This document shows positions 1 through 13,814 of a DNA stretch of 47,202 bases, one piece after another. The stretch is from a virus (Duplodnaviria; Heunggongvirae; Uroviricota; Caudoviricetes): positions 1-47,202 of IMG/VR virus record IMGVR_UViG_2861038214_000003; one strand, given 5' to 3'. Each line of letters opens with the position of its first letter. Positions within the stretch are counted from its first letter, which is position 1. The notes under the pieces are model-generated. The model did not search any database and was not told the origin of the DNA. It was given only the letters and a program-made list of their open reading frames with translations. Made by a program: the position numbers and the translations under genes.

Positions 1-79
1 GTCATAGAACTTCCATTATTCTCCTGAAGATAATAATCGCCAAATAAACCAATACTCAGCTTTACAATATACTAACTAA

Positions 80-113
80 CCGCAGAACGTTATTTCATAC
101 AACGTTTCTGCGG
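80..113 (-). other. Inverted-repeat hairpin (about 12-bp stem) just downstream of the tfa fragment stop; no T-tract
   Basis: ccgcagaacgtt ... aacgtttctgcgg read directly from the sequence; no flanking U-run on either strand. Confidence 0.3.
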
Positions 114-128
114 CATATCACAAAACGA

Positions 129-311
129 TTACTCCATAACAGGGACAGCAGGCCACTCAATATCAGGTGCAGTTGATGTATCAACACGGTTCAGCAACAC
201 CCGATACTTCTTCCAGGCTTCCAGCAACGAGTTTTCTTCCTCCGTTGCGATCTCCAGCTCAACAACAGTCTGAACGTACCAGGAACAGCCTCCTTCAGGG
301 CTTGAAGGATA
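129..311 (-). pseudogene. tfa: Tail fibre assembly protein (Tfa) C-terminal fragment, no start codon, in frame immediately after the stf TGA stop
   Basis: Hand translation of the minus strand after the stf stop gives [60 protein letters not shown], which resembles the conserved Tfa C-terminus. The N-terminal ~130 aa of a normal Tfa are absent. Confidence 0.6.
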
Positions 312-3300
312 TCAATGTTCGCTTCCTGTTAACTGCCCGACAAGTGCAACCAGTTCGCTTACCTGATTTTCCAGAGTGCTGATCCGGGTGCCTGCTGTTG
401 CCATATTTTTACGTAGCGTTATGTTTTCCTCTTCCAGCGCGGTAACGCGACCATCTGTTTCACGGGCGACCTGAACAAGTAACCCCGTCACGGCGGAGTA
501 GTCAACATTAAGATAGCGAGTTTCTTCGCGTAGCTCGTTGCCGTCAACGGTCGGACCTTGCAACTCTTCACCATAATGAGTAAACGATCCCACAGCTTCA
601 GGTATCGCCTCCATTACTTCCTGTGCAATAACGCCAGCATAAGGCATTCCGTTTTCCTTGAGCGTGTAGGTGTACCCGTTCATTTTACGGATTGCTTTCG
701 TCGCGTCGCTGATAACGCGAATATCGTCTTTAAGGTCGCGGTCTGATGACTGATTCAGCGTTGTGCAATTAATAGCGCCATTTACATCAAACAACTGGCC
801 TGCTGATGTTTTTTGCGCATAAAACAGATACGCAGCAGACGTTCCAACCTCAAAAACGTTTTGTCGATCACTTGATCCCCATACTTTTGCGGCAAATGAT
901 AGTTCTGTATTACCTAAGTTCTGTAAAACAAAACGATTGCCAGTCCCTGATTGCTTTGTAAGGGTTAAATCAACAGTTGAGTTAACCTCATCCTTGTTGA
1001 TAGTGAGCGCCTGCGCTTTAGCCCCGTTAACAGCACCTGTTTTGAGTTGAACCGCGCCGTCATTACCATTTAGCAGTATCTCAGCTCCGCTAAAGAAATT
1101 TTTTAGCGACAGCATCTTACTTACGCCGACTGATGAACCCAACGCCCACGCGAGAGAATTACCGGTGCTATCAAACCCACGTACAAAGCAATCCATTTTG
1201 CTATAGTCTGACGTGCTTCCAAGGACATCAATCCGCCCTCCGCCAGATTTTAACGGGTTAGATGTGGTTAATGACCTGACAGCAAGATCGGTGGATGAAT
1301 TTAGATCGTCTACTGTTAGTAATTTCTTCCATTCCTGCATCGTTCCGTTTTCAACTGTTCTTCCCCAAAAACCGGAATTGCGGCCTCCGAACTGCACAGC
1401 ATAATTTTTACTAAATTGAACATGAATGCCGCCAAGAACCATAGAACCTGCCGGGCCGTTTGTACTGCCTGCGATTGGTCTAAATTTGTCGACGTTATCA
1501 GTATGCTGAGAGTTCCAGTCATGACCTGTTAATGTTGCGATTCCTGAGTTAGCTGTAATTAACCCAGACGCTTTAAGATTTTGCACATCAATTCTGTCGT
1601 TTGCGAAATTATATGCAATTGCGTTACTAACGCTTCCGGCATCATCATAATCGCGTTTCTGAATAAACCAGTCGCCAGCATTAGCAATGAGAGTATAAGT
1701 AGGCGTGTTAGCCGGGCGATCTGTTTCATTAAATCTTATTGCTGGGTTAGCGCTCCTTATTTGTAAAGGTTTTTCAACCGTTGATTTCAGTATCGCACTA
1801 TCTACAATTAAATTACCTTCTGAGTTAAGGTTTAGATATTTTGAAGCACCAGTTGAACCATCGTATGTAAACCTTATTGTTAATTGACCTGGCTCATTTG
1901 ATAAAGTCTCAACATACATATCAGCACCAAGACGCACAGTGCTGTCAGTTGCTAACAGTCTTGTATGGAGAATACCACTAGATGTGTATGTATTGGTCGA
2001 ATCACTATATCTATCAAGAAATAGACTGTTAAGTTGAGGGCTATTACTCCTGCCTAATCCAAGATTCGTTCTGGCACCATCAATAGTTGCCGCACCAGTA
2101 CCACCATGAGAAACATCAAGCGGTATCCATTTTTTTTGTGTGTCGCTGTAACACCCCCATGTTGATCCGGTTAAACCCAGGCGCATGGATTTATCATGGT
2201 TATATAACCATGTTTCGCTATTCCATTGGTCAAGACGGTCCACTTCATTTTTGCGAGCGTGGCGTGTCCATTGCGGGCCTGTTGTCGGATTCCAGCGATA
2301 AGTATAAAGCGAGCGCGTAGCCCATCCCTGAAATACACCTGTATACGCTGGTGTTCCATCTACCTGACTAATAAACCCCGTAAGACTGCTTTCACCGGAT
2401 GCAATCGATGGAAAGCCTTTTGCATTACTCATAATGCGCATAAATCCGATATACCCTGATGGGTTGCCGGAAATATCAGGACAATCACGCGGGGCTGAGC
2501 CAAGACCGATATTATCGCCAACAATTACTTGCGCCTGGTTGCGATAATTAAGTGCGTCCGCCGCAGATTTCGCCGCGTTTGTTTCACTGGATTTAGCATT
2601 AGTTTCGCTGGCTTTAGCGTTTGTTTCGCTGCTCTTTGCTGCTGCCTCGCTATTTTTCGCGTTGGTTTCTGATTTTTTGGCTGCTGTCGCGGAGTTTGCC
2701 GATGCAGTTTGTGAGGCCGCTGCCGCCTGTGCGCTGTTATCCGCATTCGTCTCAGACGTTTTTGCGGCCTTCGCGGAATTTCCTGCCGCCGTTGCCGAGG
2801 AAGCTGCACTACTGGCACTTGATGATGCGTTCGTTTCTGATGATTTCGCTGCCTCTTTTGAGGCCGCCGCATCCCGGGCTGAGGTGGCAGCTTCTGACGC
2901 TTTCGTGGTCGCGGTGGATGCAGAAGTGGCGGCTGATTGTTGTGACGCTGCCGCATTCGTTTCTGACGTTTTCGCCGCACCGGCACTGGTGGCCGCCGCG
3001 CTTTTTGAGGACTCTGCAGCGGCAGCACTTTTTGATGCTTCAGTAGCCTTTGTTGATGCCGTTCCTGCGCTGGAAGACGCTGACTGAGCCGACGACGCGG
3101 CCTGTCCGGCTGACGTGCTGGCTGCGCGTGCTGAGTCTGCAGCATCAGTCGCATGGGTTGCCGCCTCACGGGCTGATGTGCCGGCATCGCCGGCTGACTT
3201 CTTCGCGGCTGCCGTGTTCTGTGCCACCGCGGACGCGTTACGCGCCACCTCTTCCACCATCAGCTCAAAACGGCGCAGTGCCTCCGGACGGACATCATCC

Positions 3301-3584
3301 TCCGTCATGGCACCAAGAAAATCATTCAGCGTACCGGGTTGAGAATCTTCATACACGGTGATGGTCCCGGCATGTGACGGCGGGAACCCTTCCACCAACA
3401 GAATAACGCTGTACTGACCGTACTCAACGTCCATGCTGTAACGCCCGGCTTCATCCGGATTTTCAGATGCCAGCGTGTTCACCACCACCGTGGTGCTGTT
3501 ACGTTTTGCTTTCAGCTGGATTGTGCAGTTCTGTACCGGTTTTCCTGTGCCGTCTTTCAGTACACCTGAAATCTTTACTGCCAT
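312..3584 (-). CDS. stf: Side tail fibre protein (Stf-like) with Ala/Ser/Thr-rich repeat region and a C-terminal intramolecular chaperone (peptidase S74-like) domain
   Basis: 1090-aa ORF, GGGGGG RBS before the ATG at 3584. The C-terminus (..GVIAQEVMEAIPEAV..LNVDYSAVTGLLVQVARE..ALEEENITLRKN..) matches my recollection of the autoproteolytic chaperone domain of endosialidase-type fibres. Position downstream of J and lom. Confidence 0.85.
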   Translation of the reverse strand: MAVKISGVLKDGTGKPVQNCTIQLKAKRNSTTVVVNTLASENPDEAGRYSMDVEYGQYSVILLVEGFPPSHAGTITVYEDSQPGTLNDFLGAMTEDDVRPEALRRFELMVEEVARNASAVAQNTAAAKKSAGDAGTSAREAATHATDAADSARAASTSAGQAASSAQSASSSAGTASTKATEASKSAAAAESSKSAAATSAGAAKTSETNAAASQQSAATSASTATTKASEAATSARDAAASKEAAKSSETNASSSASSAASSATAAGNSAKAAKTSETNADNSAQAAAASQTASANSATAAKKSETNAKNSEAAAKSSETNAKASETNAKSSETNAAKSAADALNYRNQAQVIVGDNIGLGSAPRDCPDISGNPSGYIGFMRIMSNAKGFPSIASGESSLTGFISQVDGTPAYTGVFQGWATRSLYTYRWNPTTGPQWTRHARKNEVDRLDQWNSETWLYNHDKSMRLGLTGSTWGCYSDTQKKWIPLDVSHGGTGAATIDGARTNLGLGRSNSPQLNSLFLDRYSDSTNTYTSSGILHTRLLATDSTVRLGADMYVETLSNEPGQLTIRFTYDGSTGASKYLNLNSEGNLIVDSAILKSTVEKPLQIRSANPAIRFNETDRPANTPTYTLIANAGDWFIQKRDYDDAGSVSNAIAYNFANDRIDVQNLKASGLITANSGIATLTGHDWNSQHTDNVDKFRPIAGSTNGPAGSMVLGGIHVQFSKNYAVQFGGRNSGFWGRTVENGTMQEWKKLLTVDDLNSSTDLAVRSLTTSNPLKSGGGRIDVLGSTSDYSKMDCFVRGFDSTGNSLAWALGSSVGVSKMLSLKNFFSGAEILLNGNDGAVQLKTGAVNGAKAQALTINKDEVNSTVDLTLTKQSGTGNRFVLQNLGNTELSFAAKVWGSSDRQNVFEVGTSAAYLFYAQKTSAGQLFDVNGAINCTTLNQSSDRDLKDDIRVISDATKAIRKMNGYTYTLKENGMPYAGVIAQEVMEAIPEAVGSFTHYGEELQGPTVDGNELREETRYLNVDYSAVTGLLVQVARETDGRVTALEEENITLRKNMATAGTRISTLENQVSELVALVGQLTGSEH
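2520..3190 (-). repeat. Degenerate in-frame tandem repeats (about 21 nt) encoding repeated (K/A)SSETNA-like heptads within stf
   Basis: Repeated units such as tttagcattagtttcgctgg / tttagcgtttgtttcgctgc on the plus strand; the protein shows KSETNAKNSEAAAKSSETNAKASETNAKSSETNAAKS. Confidence 0.7.
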
Positions 3585-3595
3585 ATTCCCCCCAC

Positions 3596-3622
3596 AAAAA
3601 AGCCCACCTGAACCGGCGGGCT
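3596..3622 (-). terminator. Candidate intrinsic terminator between lom and stf
   Basis: GC-rich hairpin (agccc...gggct) followed by a T-run on the minus strand. Confidence 0.4.
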
Positions 3623-3648
3623 GTCATAACACTGTGTTACCTGGCTAA

Positions 3649-4248
3649 TCAGAATTTATAACCGACACCCACGATGAAACCGTCAGTGCGCCAGTCACCA
3701 CTGCCAGAACCTTCATAAGCAATATCAATGGCCACGGATTCGGTCGGGTTAAACTGCACGCCAGCCCCCCACGCCAGAGACGTGTTGCTGTGGCGACCGT
3801 CATCACTTCCGGTCAGCACATCGTGCTTTTTCCCCTTGTTGTCAGTTACGCGGATATAATCTCCGGAGAAAGTCGAAACACGGCTGTAAGCCATACCCGC
3901 CATCGCATACGCGCTGAACCATTCATTCACGCGCACAGACGGCCCCGCCATCACGCTGAACCAGCGGTTACGCACTGAATCTTCATGCCAGCGGGTATCG
4001 CTGTAACGGGTCAGCTGGCGATTCTTGTCTCCTGCATAGCTGAATGACGTCACCAGCCCCAGCGTATCCGTAAACTCATAACGGTATTTCACGTTAATCC
4101 CGTTAAGATCATCGCTGCCGGGAACGTTCGTCGAGGCATGAAGATACCCCGCGCTCAGCGTGGACTGATGTTCAGACGCCCATGCAGGCGCACCGGATAC
4201 GACCAGACAGATGGCTGCGGACAAAATGGCTGCACAAACTTTACGCAT
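3649..4248 (-). CDS. lom: Lom/Ail-family outer membrane beta-barrel protein
   Basis: 199-aa ORF with a signal peptide; resembles lambda Lom from memory; ends ..GVGYKF. Sits in the canonical J-lom-stf position. Confidence 0.9.
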   Translation of the reverse strand: MRKVCAAILSAAICLVVSGAPAWASEHQSTLSAGYLHASTNVPGSDDLNGINVKYRYEFTDTLGLVTSFSYAGDKNRQLTRYSDTRWHEDSVRNRWFSVMAGPSVRVNEWFSAYAMAGMAYSRVSTFSGDYIRVTDNKGKKHDVLTGSDDGRHSNTSLAWGAGVQFNPTESVAIDIAYEGSGSGDWRTDGFIVGVGYKF

Positions 4249-4270
4249 AATTACCTCTCGCTTTTCTGCA

Positions 4271-4297
4271 ATAAAAAAGGCGTCATTTCTGACGCCC
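4271..4297 (-). terminator. Intrinsic terminator after J
   Basis: Minus strand reads gggcgtcagaaatgacgcc followed by ttttttatt: 7-bp stem, 4-nt loop, U-tract. Confidence 0.6.
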
Positions 4298-4314
4298 GTT
4301 CTGGGTTATAAAAT

Positions 4315-7716
<3,402 letters not shown>

Positions 7717-7773
7717 TCACGCTCCATAAACGACAAAACCGCCCGCAGGCGGTTTCACACAAAACATTCTGCA

Positions 7774-8421
7774 TCAGCGACCAATCACCACAACCTGACC
7801 ACCATCTCCTTCATCTGCCGTGCTGATCTCCTGAGAAATCACCCGTGACCCCACGCGCATTTCACCGTACAGAACCGGCAGAACATTGCCCTGGGCAACC
7901 ATGTTATCCAGTGAGGAGAAATAGGTGTTCTGCTTACCGTTATCCGTTGTCTGTGTGCGGGGAGTTCTGGCTTTCGGTGCCAGCATCTGAGCCACACCGC
8001 CCAGGATCATACTGGCCCCTGCCGCATACATGCCCGATACAGCCGCGGTACCCAGCCAGCCCACAGGGTTCCACCATGCCACCGCAATCAGCGCCGCACC
8101 CAGCACTGCCTGAAAAACACCGCCACTTTTAGCTCCCGCCAGACGCGGCACAATGTGGATCACGGCACCATTTGCCAGCGGCTCATTAAGACGGGCAGAT
8201 AATTCATTTTCTCCTGCATCACGCCCGACAATGCGCACCTGATACCAGCCGTCGCTCAGTTTCTGACGAAACGCCGGGAGCTGTGTGGCCAGTGCGCGGA
8301 TGGCTTCAGCCCCCGTTTTCACACGAAGGTCGATGCGGCGGCCAAATCGTTGTAAATCCCCGTAAAGGCAGATGCGTGCCATTCCCGGTGACGCCAGAGG
8401 GAGTGTGTGCGTCGCTGCCAT
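7774..8421 (-). CDS. I: Tail assembly protein I
   Basis: 215-aa ORF starting MAATHTLPLASPGMARICLYGDLQRFGRR.., lambda I-like; overlaps the end of K. Confidence 0.85.
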   Translation of the reverse strand: MAATHTLPLASPGMARICLYGDLQRFGRRIDLRVKTGAEAIRALATQLPAFRQKLSDGWYQVRIVGRDAGENELSARLNEPLANGAVIHIVPRLAGAKSGGVFQAVLGAALIAVAWWNPVGWLGTAAVSGMYAAGASMILGGVAQMLAPKARTPRTQTTDNGKQNTYFSSLDNMVAQGNVLPVLYGEMRVGSRVISQEISTADEGDGGQVVVIGR

Positions 8422-9062
8422 TTGTCGGTGTACCTCTCTCGTTTACTCAGTTGTTCAGGAATATGGTGCAGCAGCTCACCGTCACCACAGTAAATGGCGG
8501 CATGATTCGGCACCGATGAACCAAAACAGCACAGCAGCACGTCGCCAGGCTGCGCCTCTGTCAGTGGGACACGGTAAAAACCCGTTGCCTCCATATTGTC
8601 AAGATAGAGATTCTGGCCGTGACGCCACCAGTCATCCCCGCGATGAAAATCCGGCATCTCAATTCCCGCCAGATGGTAAGCGTCCCGGAACAGCGTGTAA
8701 CAGTCCGTCACCCCGTGCTCAAAGCGCCGCCCGGTGAGATGCGGCACACAGAGGAATTTATGAATCGCCCCCCGGCAGACCAGCCACCACGGCAAATCAC
8801 TCTGCACCTGCAGCCGCCGGTCGGCCTCACTCAGCCAGGGCAGACCACCGGGGTGGCTGTGGACCAGCGCCACAATCTCTCCCTGCATTTCTGCACTCAG
8901 CCAGTCCTCCGGCGACATCCGGAAATACTCCTCCGGCTCACCGGAGATATTCACGCAGGGAAAATATCTTTCTCCCTCCGGCGTTCTCACCACGAAGCCG
9001 CACGACTCTGCTGGCGCACATCGCCGGGCGTGCGCCAGAATCGCTGATTCTGTCTCTGTCAT
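8319..9062 (-). CDS. K: Tail assembly protein K (JAMM/MPN plus NlpC/P60-like); true start may be internal
   Basis: Protein carries HSHP (JAMM-like) and Cys/His motifs typical of lambda K; position between L and I. Confidence 0.8.
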   Translation of the reverse strand: MTETESAILAHARRCAPAESCGFVVRTPEGERYFPCVNISGEPEEYFRMSPEDWLSAEMQGEIVALVHSHPGGLPWLSEADRRLQVQSDLPWWLVCRGAIHKFLCVPHLTGRRFEHGVTDCYTLFRDAYHLAGIEMPDFHRGDDWWRHGQNLYLDNMEATGFYRVPLTEAQPGDVLLCCFGSSVPNHAAIYCGDGELLHHIPEQLSKRERYTDKWQRRTHSLWRHREWHASAFTGIYNDLAAASTFV

Positions 9063-9067
9063 GGGAT

Positions 9068-9766
9068 TTACTGCGAAAGTTTGTTAATGGAAAGGAAGCC
9101 GCCAAAGTTGCCGACGTTATTGCGAAACTTACAGCCGCTCAGGCATTTGCTGCATTTATCCTTCGTGATATCGGACGTCGGCTGGTCATATTCATCCGCG
9201 ACAGCCGGACCGTGATAACCGCACTCATCACCGCGATAGGTCCAGGTGCAGGTATTAGCCAGCATGATGCGCCCCGGAAAAACGGCACCATCCGTTTCCG
9301 TCGGTGTGGAGAGCACAAAGGAGGCACTGACCGCGCTCAGTTCGCTGCACTGCTCGATGCGCCAGCGGCTGATCACCTCCTGCTCCGGATCGGCGTCACT
9401 GTTTCCGTTGACGAAGTTCACCGCATCCAGAAAACGGGCGTAAACCTTACGCCGGACCACCGTTCCGCCGACCAGACTCTGCAGATCTTCCGCCATCCCG
9501 GTGATCATGCCGTGCAGGTTAGAGACCGTCAGTGTCGGACGGGCAGCACTGCCCTTGCCGTTCATCTCAAATCCACTCCCCTGAATGGGATAGGCCTGAT
9601 ACTGCCGACTCTGCCAGGTGACAGACTCACCTTTTTCGTTCTGCTCATTACAGAAAAAGTAGCGATCCCCGCCTACCTCGGTCAGGTCGATTTCCCAGAG
9701 CACCACGCTGGCCGACTGCTCCGCACGAATGCATTCATTCAGCGTTTCCTGTTGTATGTCCTGCAT
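9068..9766 (-). CDS. L: Minor tail protein L
   Basis: 232-aa ORF, lambda L-like length and position. Confidence 0.85.
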   Translation of the reverse strand: MQDIQQETLNECIRAEQSASVVLWEIDLTEVGGDRYFFCNEQNEKGESVTWQSRQYQAYPIQGSGFEMNGKGSAARPTLTVSNLHGMITGMAEDLQSLVGGTVVRRKVYARFLDAVNFVNGNSDADPEQEVISRWRIEQCSELSAVSASFVLSTPTETDGAVFPGRIMLANTCTWTYRGDECGYHGPAVADEYDQPTSDITKDKCSKCLSGCKFRNNVGNFGGFLSINKLSQ

Positions 9767-10104
9767 CAGATTACCACTTCGTCAAACTGACACGAAAAAT
9801 CGGTATAGGTGATATGTTCTGTCGCTGACCACGTTCGACACACCACTCTGATTTTTCTGTTAATACCCGGCGGGCGCCAAAAAAAAGATTTATAGCCTTC
9901 ATGCCGGGCTAAAAATTTTTCAAATGAATCACGTTCATTCGCCTCAACTTTGAAATCACAGGTGAAAACGCGCAGAGAATGATTAAGTCCATTTGGACTT
10001 CGTTGCTCATAACCATCGCCAAATCTTACAGTTTTTATCGATGGTTTATTTTCTGTTTTCATTCCATCCTCTGGTAACCAGTGAAATTCTTCCGTATTAG
10101 CCAC
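9766..10104 (-). CDS. M: Minor tail protein M
   Basis: 112-aa ORF between the tape measure and L. Confidence 0.8.
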   Translation of the reverse strand: MANTEEFHWLPEDGMKTENKPSIKTVRFGDGYEQRSPNGLNHSLRVFTCDFKVEANERDSFEKFLARHEGYKSFFWRPPGINRKIRVVCRTWSATEHITYTDFSCQFDEVVI

Positions 10105-13100
10105 TTAACATTCCCCCATCACGTCGCATATTTAACAGATTGCCCTGCACCCGCTGATCAACCATCCCCATAAGTGCTTTTATTGCCTGAGGGCCAATCT
10201 CTCCATTCTGGCCGTCATTTTGAATAGTGATTTGGTATACAGGGGCATAGGTAATATCTCCGCCTCCATTACCACTTTTACTATTAATAGCTCTGACACC
10301 AAGAGAACCATCGGAAGTTCGTGTTAATGGCATAATGGCTTCCGGACCAGCCTCACCAAAAACACCAGCCCCTCTTGCAAAAGCAAAAAATTGCGGGGAG
10401 TCATAAATACCGTTCGAATACGTGTTCAATGACGGAGACTCATAAACACCGCCCTTTGCATTCGGAATAAATTTACTAATAGCACTCCCGATAGTTCCTA
10501 AAACCCCCCCAGAAGAACTGTTACTAATGCTGTCGAAAATCCCAGTAATTGAAGCCTTTAATGCTATTCGACTAAGATCCGAAATCACGGAAGTAGCGAA
10601 AGAACGAAAATTTGCCTTGCCTGTCGTGACAAAATCACCCAGCGCATCGGTCATTCCATCAAACATCTGAGTCGTGGTTGATTTTATCTGCTCACTGATA
10701 TCCTTAGTGTCATCCAGCCAGTTATTGAATCCCTGGGAGGCACCACTAACCCAGTCTCCTGCCTGAATATCGAGCTGCTCGTTTTTCTGTCTGACAATTT
10801 CTTTTTCTCGTTCCAGAGCATCATTCAGAGCCTGCATTTTCTCCTGAAAAACATGATTTGACATCCCACGGGATTTATCTGCATAGTCACGTTCAAGTTG
10901 CAGACGCTGATTGTTATATTCACGTTCAATCCGCAGTAATTCCTGCTGGCGTTGCTGATTTTTATCGCCAACCCCATAACCAGCAATCTGAATATCATAC
11001 CCCTGTTGACGATTATCAATCGAAGCCTGCAATGAATCACGCCATGCAGCTATTTCGGCGGATTCCTTGATTAGCCTGTTATTTTTTTCAATCGCAACAT
11101 TTTTCTCCATCAACGCGGTTATTTCTTCCCGGTGTAAGAGAAGCGATTTCTGATCCTGGGTTAATTTCGATGACGGTCGTGACTCCAGGTCGGCAATCTG
11201 CTGACGCCACTTAACCAGTTCCTGTTCAGAGGAACTTAATTTAACGGTTAATTCAGTTTGTGAACTTAGTAACGCATTCTGTTGATTCAGATGATCAATC
11301 ATTCGTTGGGCAGCATCATCCGAATAACCTTTCGCCTTTGGTTGCTTTGGATCTTTATAACGCTCATTTATTTGAGCGATAAGATTATTATATTCTTCCT
11401 TTGAATACTGACTCTTTAGTTTTTCCAGTTTTGCAAGTTCACTAGCTCTCTGCTGCTCCCGGGTCTGATATTGTTTTGAAAAGGCATCTGCTCTCTGTCT
11501 GAGTTCAATTCCTTCCTGTTGTCGCTTGTTGTAATCGTTTATTGATGAATTTAGTACGTCCTGAGCAATTTTTTCTGCTTGAAGTACGCCCAATTGCTGC
11601 TTTAATCGTGCCAGCCTTTTATTTTGAGCTCCGCCATCTCCAATGCCACCTAACCCGAAAACTCCGGGTCGGGTATTTTTTTCTATTTCATCAATTTGAC
11701 GGAGAACATCTGAGATTTTTTGATCAAGGGAGGCCTCACGGCCAATATCCAGCATGGAATCCCATGCCCATTTTGCGGAGTCTGCGACAGCTTTCCATGC
11801 AGTCTCAAGATAACCAAGATTTTCTTTAATCTGGTTGGTGCGCTGGATCATTGAGGATGAGTATGCTTCTGTCGCAATGCGGGCGGCCTCCTGCTGGTTC
11901 CCTTCATCCTGTAGCGCCTTAATCTGGTTATAAGTCGCAATTGTCAGAAAATGGTACTGATCATTAAGTTTTGATATGGCACTGACAGGATCCTTTGCAA
12001 TTTCATTGAAGTCATTAACCAGTTGTTCGGTTGATATTCCTGTTACTTCGCTCATTTTTACTATCGCTGTCGTCACTTGCTCCAGCGAACTGCTCGCTAC
12101 CTTTCCCGAACGCACAAGCTGGTTTAATACTGCCGCCGCAGCGCCAGTTGTCGAATCAGCCGCATTCCCGGCACGTTGAGCTATATCGGCCAATTGCCCG
12201 CTGGTTGTCCCCAACTGATTTCCGGTAAGAATAAGAGATTTATTAAATTCGTCCTGCTCCTGAGAGCCTTTATAGTAAGCCAGCCCTAAGACGCCAACGG
12301 CTGCTGCGGCCAGGGTAAAAGGATTAATTAATCCCAGCACATAAGAACCAACACCTTTGATCGCCGGGCCAATCCCACCGAACATATCTTTTAGCTGGCC
12401 GCCCTGCTGCATTAACACCATAAAAGGCGACTGACCAGTGGACAACCCAACAACAATATCCGTCATTTGTGCAGGCAACATGCGCATAGCAAAAGCCGTT
12501 TGTTTTGCCGACATTCCGGTTTTGCTTAATTGAGATTGAGTAACCTCAAGCTCACTCCGCATAGCACGAAGTTTTCCAGAAAGTTCCTCATACATTTCAG
12601 GAGAGAGCATCCCCTTAGCTTTTGCTTCATTGAGCTGTTTCTGTTGTTCTACCAGACGATTAAAAGCAGTTCCGACAGGGTCAAGTTGAGCAATCAGACG
12701 TTGCAAAGCAGCAACCTGTTCATCATGCGCTTTTGCTGCTTCTCGCTCTGCCTGAGCCTCTCCGGTAAGCTCTCGCCGTGTTTCCTGTATTTTTCGGCTA
12801 TAATTCTCAAACTGAGAACCATTTATTTTCCCGGATGCAAACGCAGCATTAAGTTCATCCTGCTGTTGTTCAAGATTTCTTAGCGCCGCAACCAGAGGGT
12901 CGATCTTGTCCAGCATTCTTTGAAAGGCCTGAGCCTGCGATTCCTGCTGGGCGGCAGCAAGTTTTCCGGCCTTCTCGGCTTCTCTCTGCGCTTGCGCAAC
13001 CCCGCTCAATTCCTCTGTGGTTTCATTAAGTTTACGGACAAGAAATTCATATTCTTCTTTATCAATAAGCCCTTTATCGAAAAATTTCTTTAATTCAGAA

Positions 13101-13330
13101 TAGCGTCGACCGACAGTATCAATTGCGGCACCAACTGGATCAATAGCTGCTTTTAATTTTGCGAGCGCGTTCTTCTCATCTTCTGTTGCCTTAGTCACTT
13201 TCCCTGCGCTATTTGCAGCAGTTTCCCCGGCCTGCGTCATTTTGACTAATGAGGAGGTCAGATTGTCAGCATTATTTTTTGCTCCAGTGCTATCAATAAT
13301 TATTGCGAGACGCGAGGTTTGCTCTGCCAT
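10097..13330 (-). CDS. H: Tail tape measure protein
   Basis: 1077-aa ORF, strongly coiled-coil and low-complexity N-terminal two-thirds, Gly-rich C-terminal region; position after G/G-T. Confidence 0.9.
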   Translation of the reverse strand: MAEQTSRLAIIIDSTGAKNNADNLTSSLVKMTQAGETAANSAGKVTKATEDEKNALAKLKAAIDPVGAAIDTVGRRYSELKKFFDKGLIDKEEYEFLVRKLNETTEELSGVAQAQREAEKAGKLAAAQQESQAQAFQRMLDKIDPLVAALRNLEQQQDELNAAFASGKINGSQFENYSRKIQETRRELTGEAQAEREAAKAHDEQVAALQRLIAQLDPVGTAFNRLVEQQKQLNEAKAKGMLSPEMYEELSGKLRAMRSELEVTQSQLSKTGMSAKQTAFAMRMLPAQMTDIVVGLSTGQSPFMVLMQQGGQLKDMFGGIGPAIKGVGSYVLGLINPFTLAAAAVGVLGLAYYKGSQEQDEFNKSLILTGNQLGTTSGQLADIAQRAGNAADSTTGAAAAVLNQLVRSGKVASSSLEQVTTAIVKMSEVTGISTEQLVNDFNEIAKDPVSAISKLNDQYHFLTIATYNQIKALQDEGNQQEAARIATEAYSSSMIQRTNQIKENLGYLETAWKAVADSAKWAWDSMLDIGREASLDQKISDVLRQIDEIEKNTRPGVFGLGGIGDGGAQNKRLARLKQQLGVLQAEKIAQDVLNSSINDYNKRQQEGIELRQRADAFSKQYQTREQQRASELAKLEKLKSQYSKEEYNNLIAQINERYKDPKQPKAKGYSDDAAQRMIDHLNQQNALLSSQTELTVKLSSSEQELVKWRQQIADLESRPSSKLTQDQKSLLLHREEITALMEKNVAIEKNNRLIKESAEIAAWRDSLQASIDNRQQGYDIQIAGYGVGDKNQQRQQELLRIEREYNNQRLQLERDYADKSRGMSNHVFQEKMQALNDALEREKEIVRQKNEQLDIQAGDWVSGASQGFNNWLDDTKDISEQIKSTTTQMFDGMTDALGDFVTTGKANFRSFATSVISDLSRIALKASITGIFDSISNSSSGGVLGTIGSAISKFIPNAKGGVYESPSLNTYSNGIYDSPQFFAFARGAGVFGEAGPEAIMPLTRTSDGSLGVRAINSKSGNGGGDITYAPVYQITIQNDGQNGEIGPQAIKALMGMVDQRVQGNLLNMRRDGGMLSG

Positions 13331-13351
13331 TTATTAAAACTCCAGACAACA

Positions 13352-13373
13352 AAAAGCCCACCGAAGTGGGTTT
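13352..13373 (-). other. Hairpin (GCCCAC-CGAA-GTGGGT) with flanking T-run, about 20 bp upstream of the tape measure start
   Basis: Read directly; a terminator-like or translational-control structure inside the tail operon. Confidence 0.3.
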
Positions 13374-13493
13374 CAGGCGACATAATAGTAGATATAGCGA
13401 TTACGAGGCCACGCAATGCTTTTCTCCAGGAGCATCATCGATTTAATTAAAGACACCATCACATCTCTGTAACAGAGTGTACGTAATTAACAA

Positions 13494-13814
13494 CTACACA
13501 CACTGCTCCTGAAAATACTGGTCATCCAGTGCAAAGATCACTGCTTCAAATTCATCGCGCTCAATCAATACCGGATGAGTGGCTAAATATTCATTTATCT
13601 CTGTCAGAGATAAAGGCAAAGGCACCCCAGCCATTCCAGCATAACGTCGGGCACGGGATATTACCGAATAGGCGTACAACAACTCCTTAAGCACCGGGTC
13701 TATTTCTGGTTCCGGTATCGGTGGCAACCTGAGTTTTTCTCGCTTCCATCTTGCCTTTTCCCCCCTTTCTCCCCCGAACTCCGATAACCACCGCTGGGCA
13801 GCTATGGCTTTTTT
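13494..13814 (-). CDS. T-frame extension of the tail assembly chaperone (G-T fusion made by a -1 frameshift)
   Basis: The frame is open from the slippery site to the stop at 13494 (..KKAIAAQRWLSEFGGERGEKARWKREKLRLPPIPEPEIDPV..) and has no plausible independent start context. Confidence 0.7.
   Translation of the reverse strand, partial: KKAIAAQRWLSEFGGERGEKARWKREKLRLPPIPEPEIDPVLKELLYAYSVISRARRYAGMAGVPLPLSLTEINEYLATHPVLIERDEFEAVIFALDDQYFQEQCV

Noticed and set aside
1-16. Possible gene start on the minus strand at the left window edge (AGGAG then ATG)
   Set aside because: The frame from that ATG hits a stop after four codons (ATG GAA GTT CTA TGA).
2520-3190. Possible CRISPR array suggested by the regular short repeats
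   Set aside because: The repeats are in-frame coding heptads without unique spacers or a leader, and there are no cas genes.
2525-3342. Overlapping ORFs on both strands inside stf (2525-3187 minus, 2621-3046 plus, 2662-3087 plus, 3050-3361 plus, 3115-3342 plus)
   Set aside because: They lie within the stf repeat array; the encoded proteins are low-complexity Arg/Pro/Gln or Ala-rich strings typical of shadow frames over GC-rich repeats. The stf frame is the only one continuous with conserved fibre sequence.
9212-9790. 192-aa plus-strand ORF antisense to L
   Set aside because: Contained within L; no RBS; shadow ORF.
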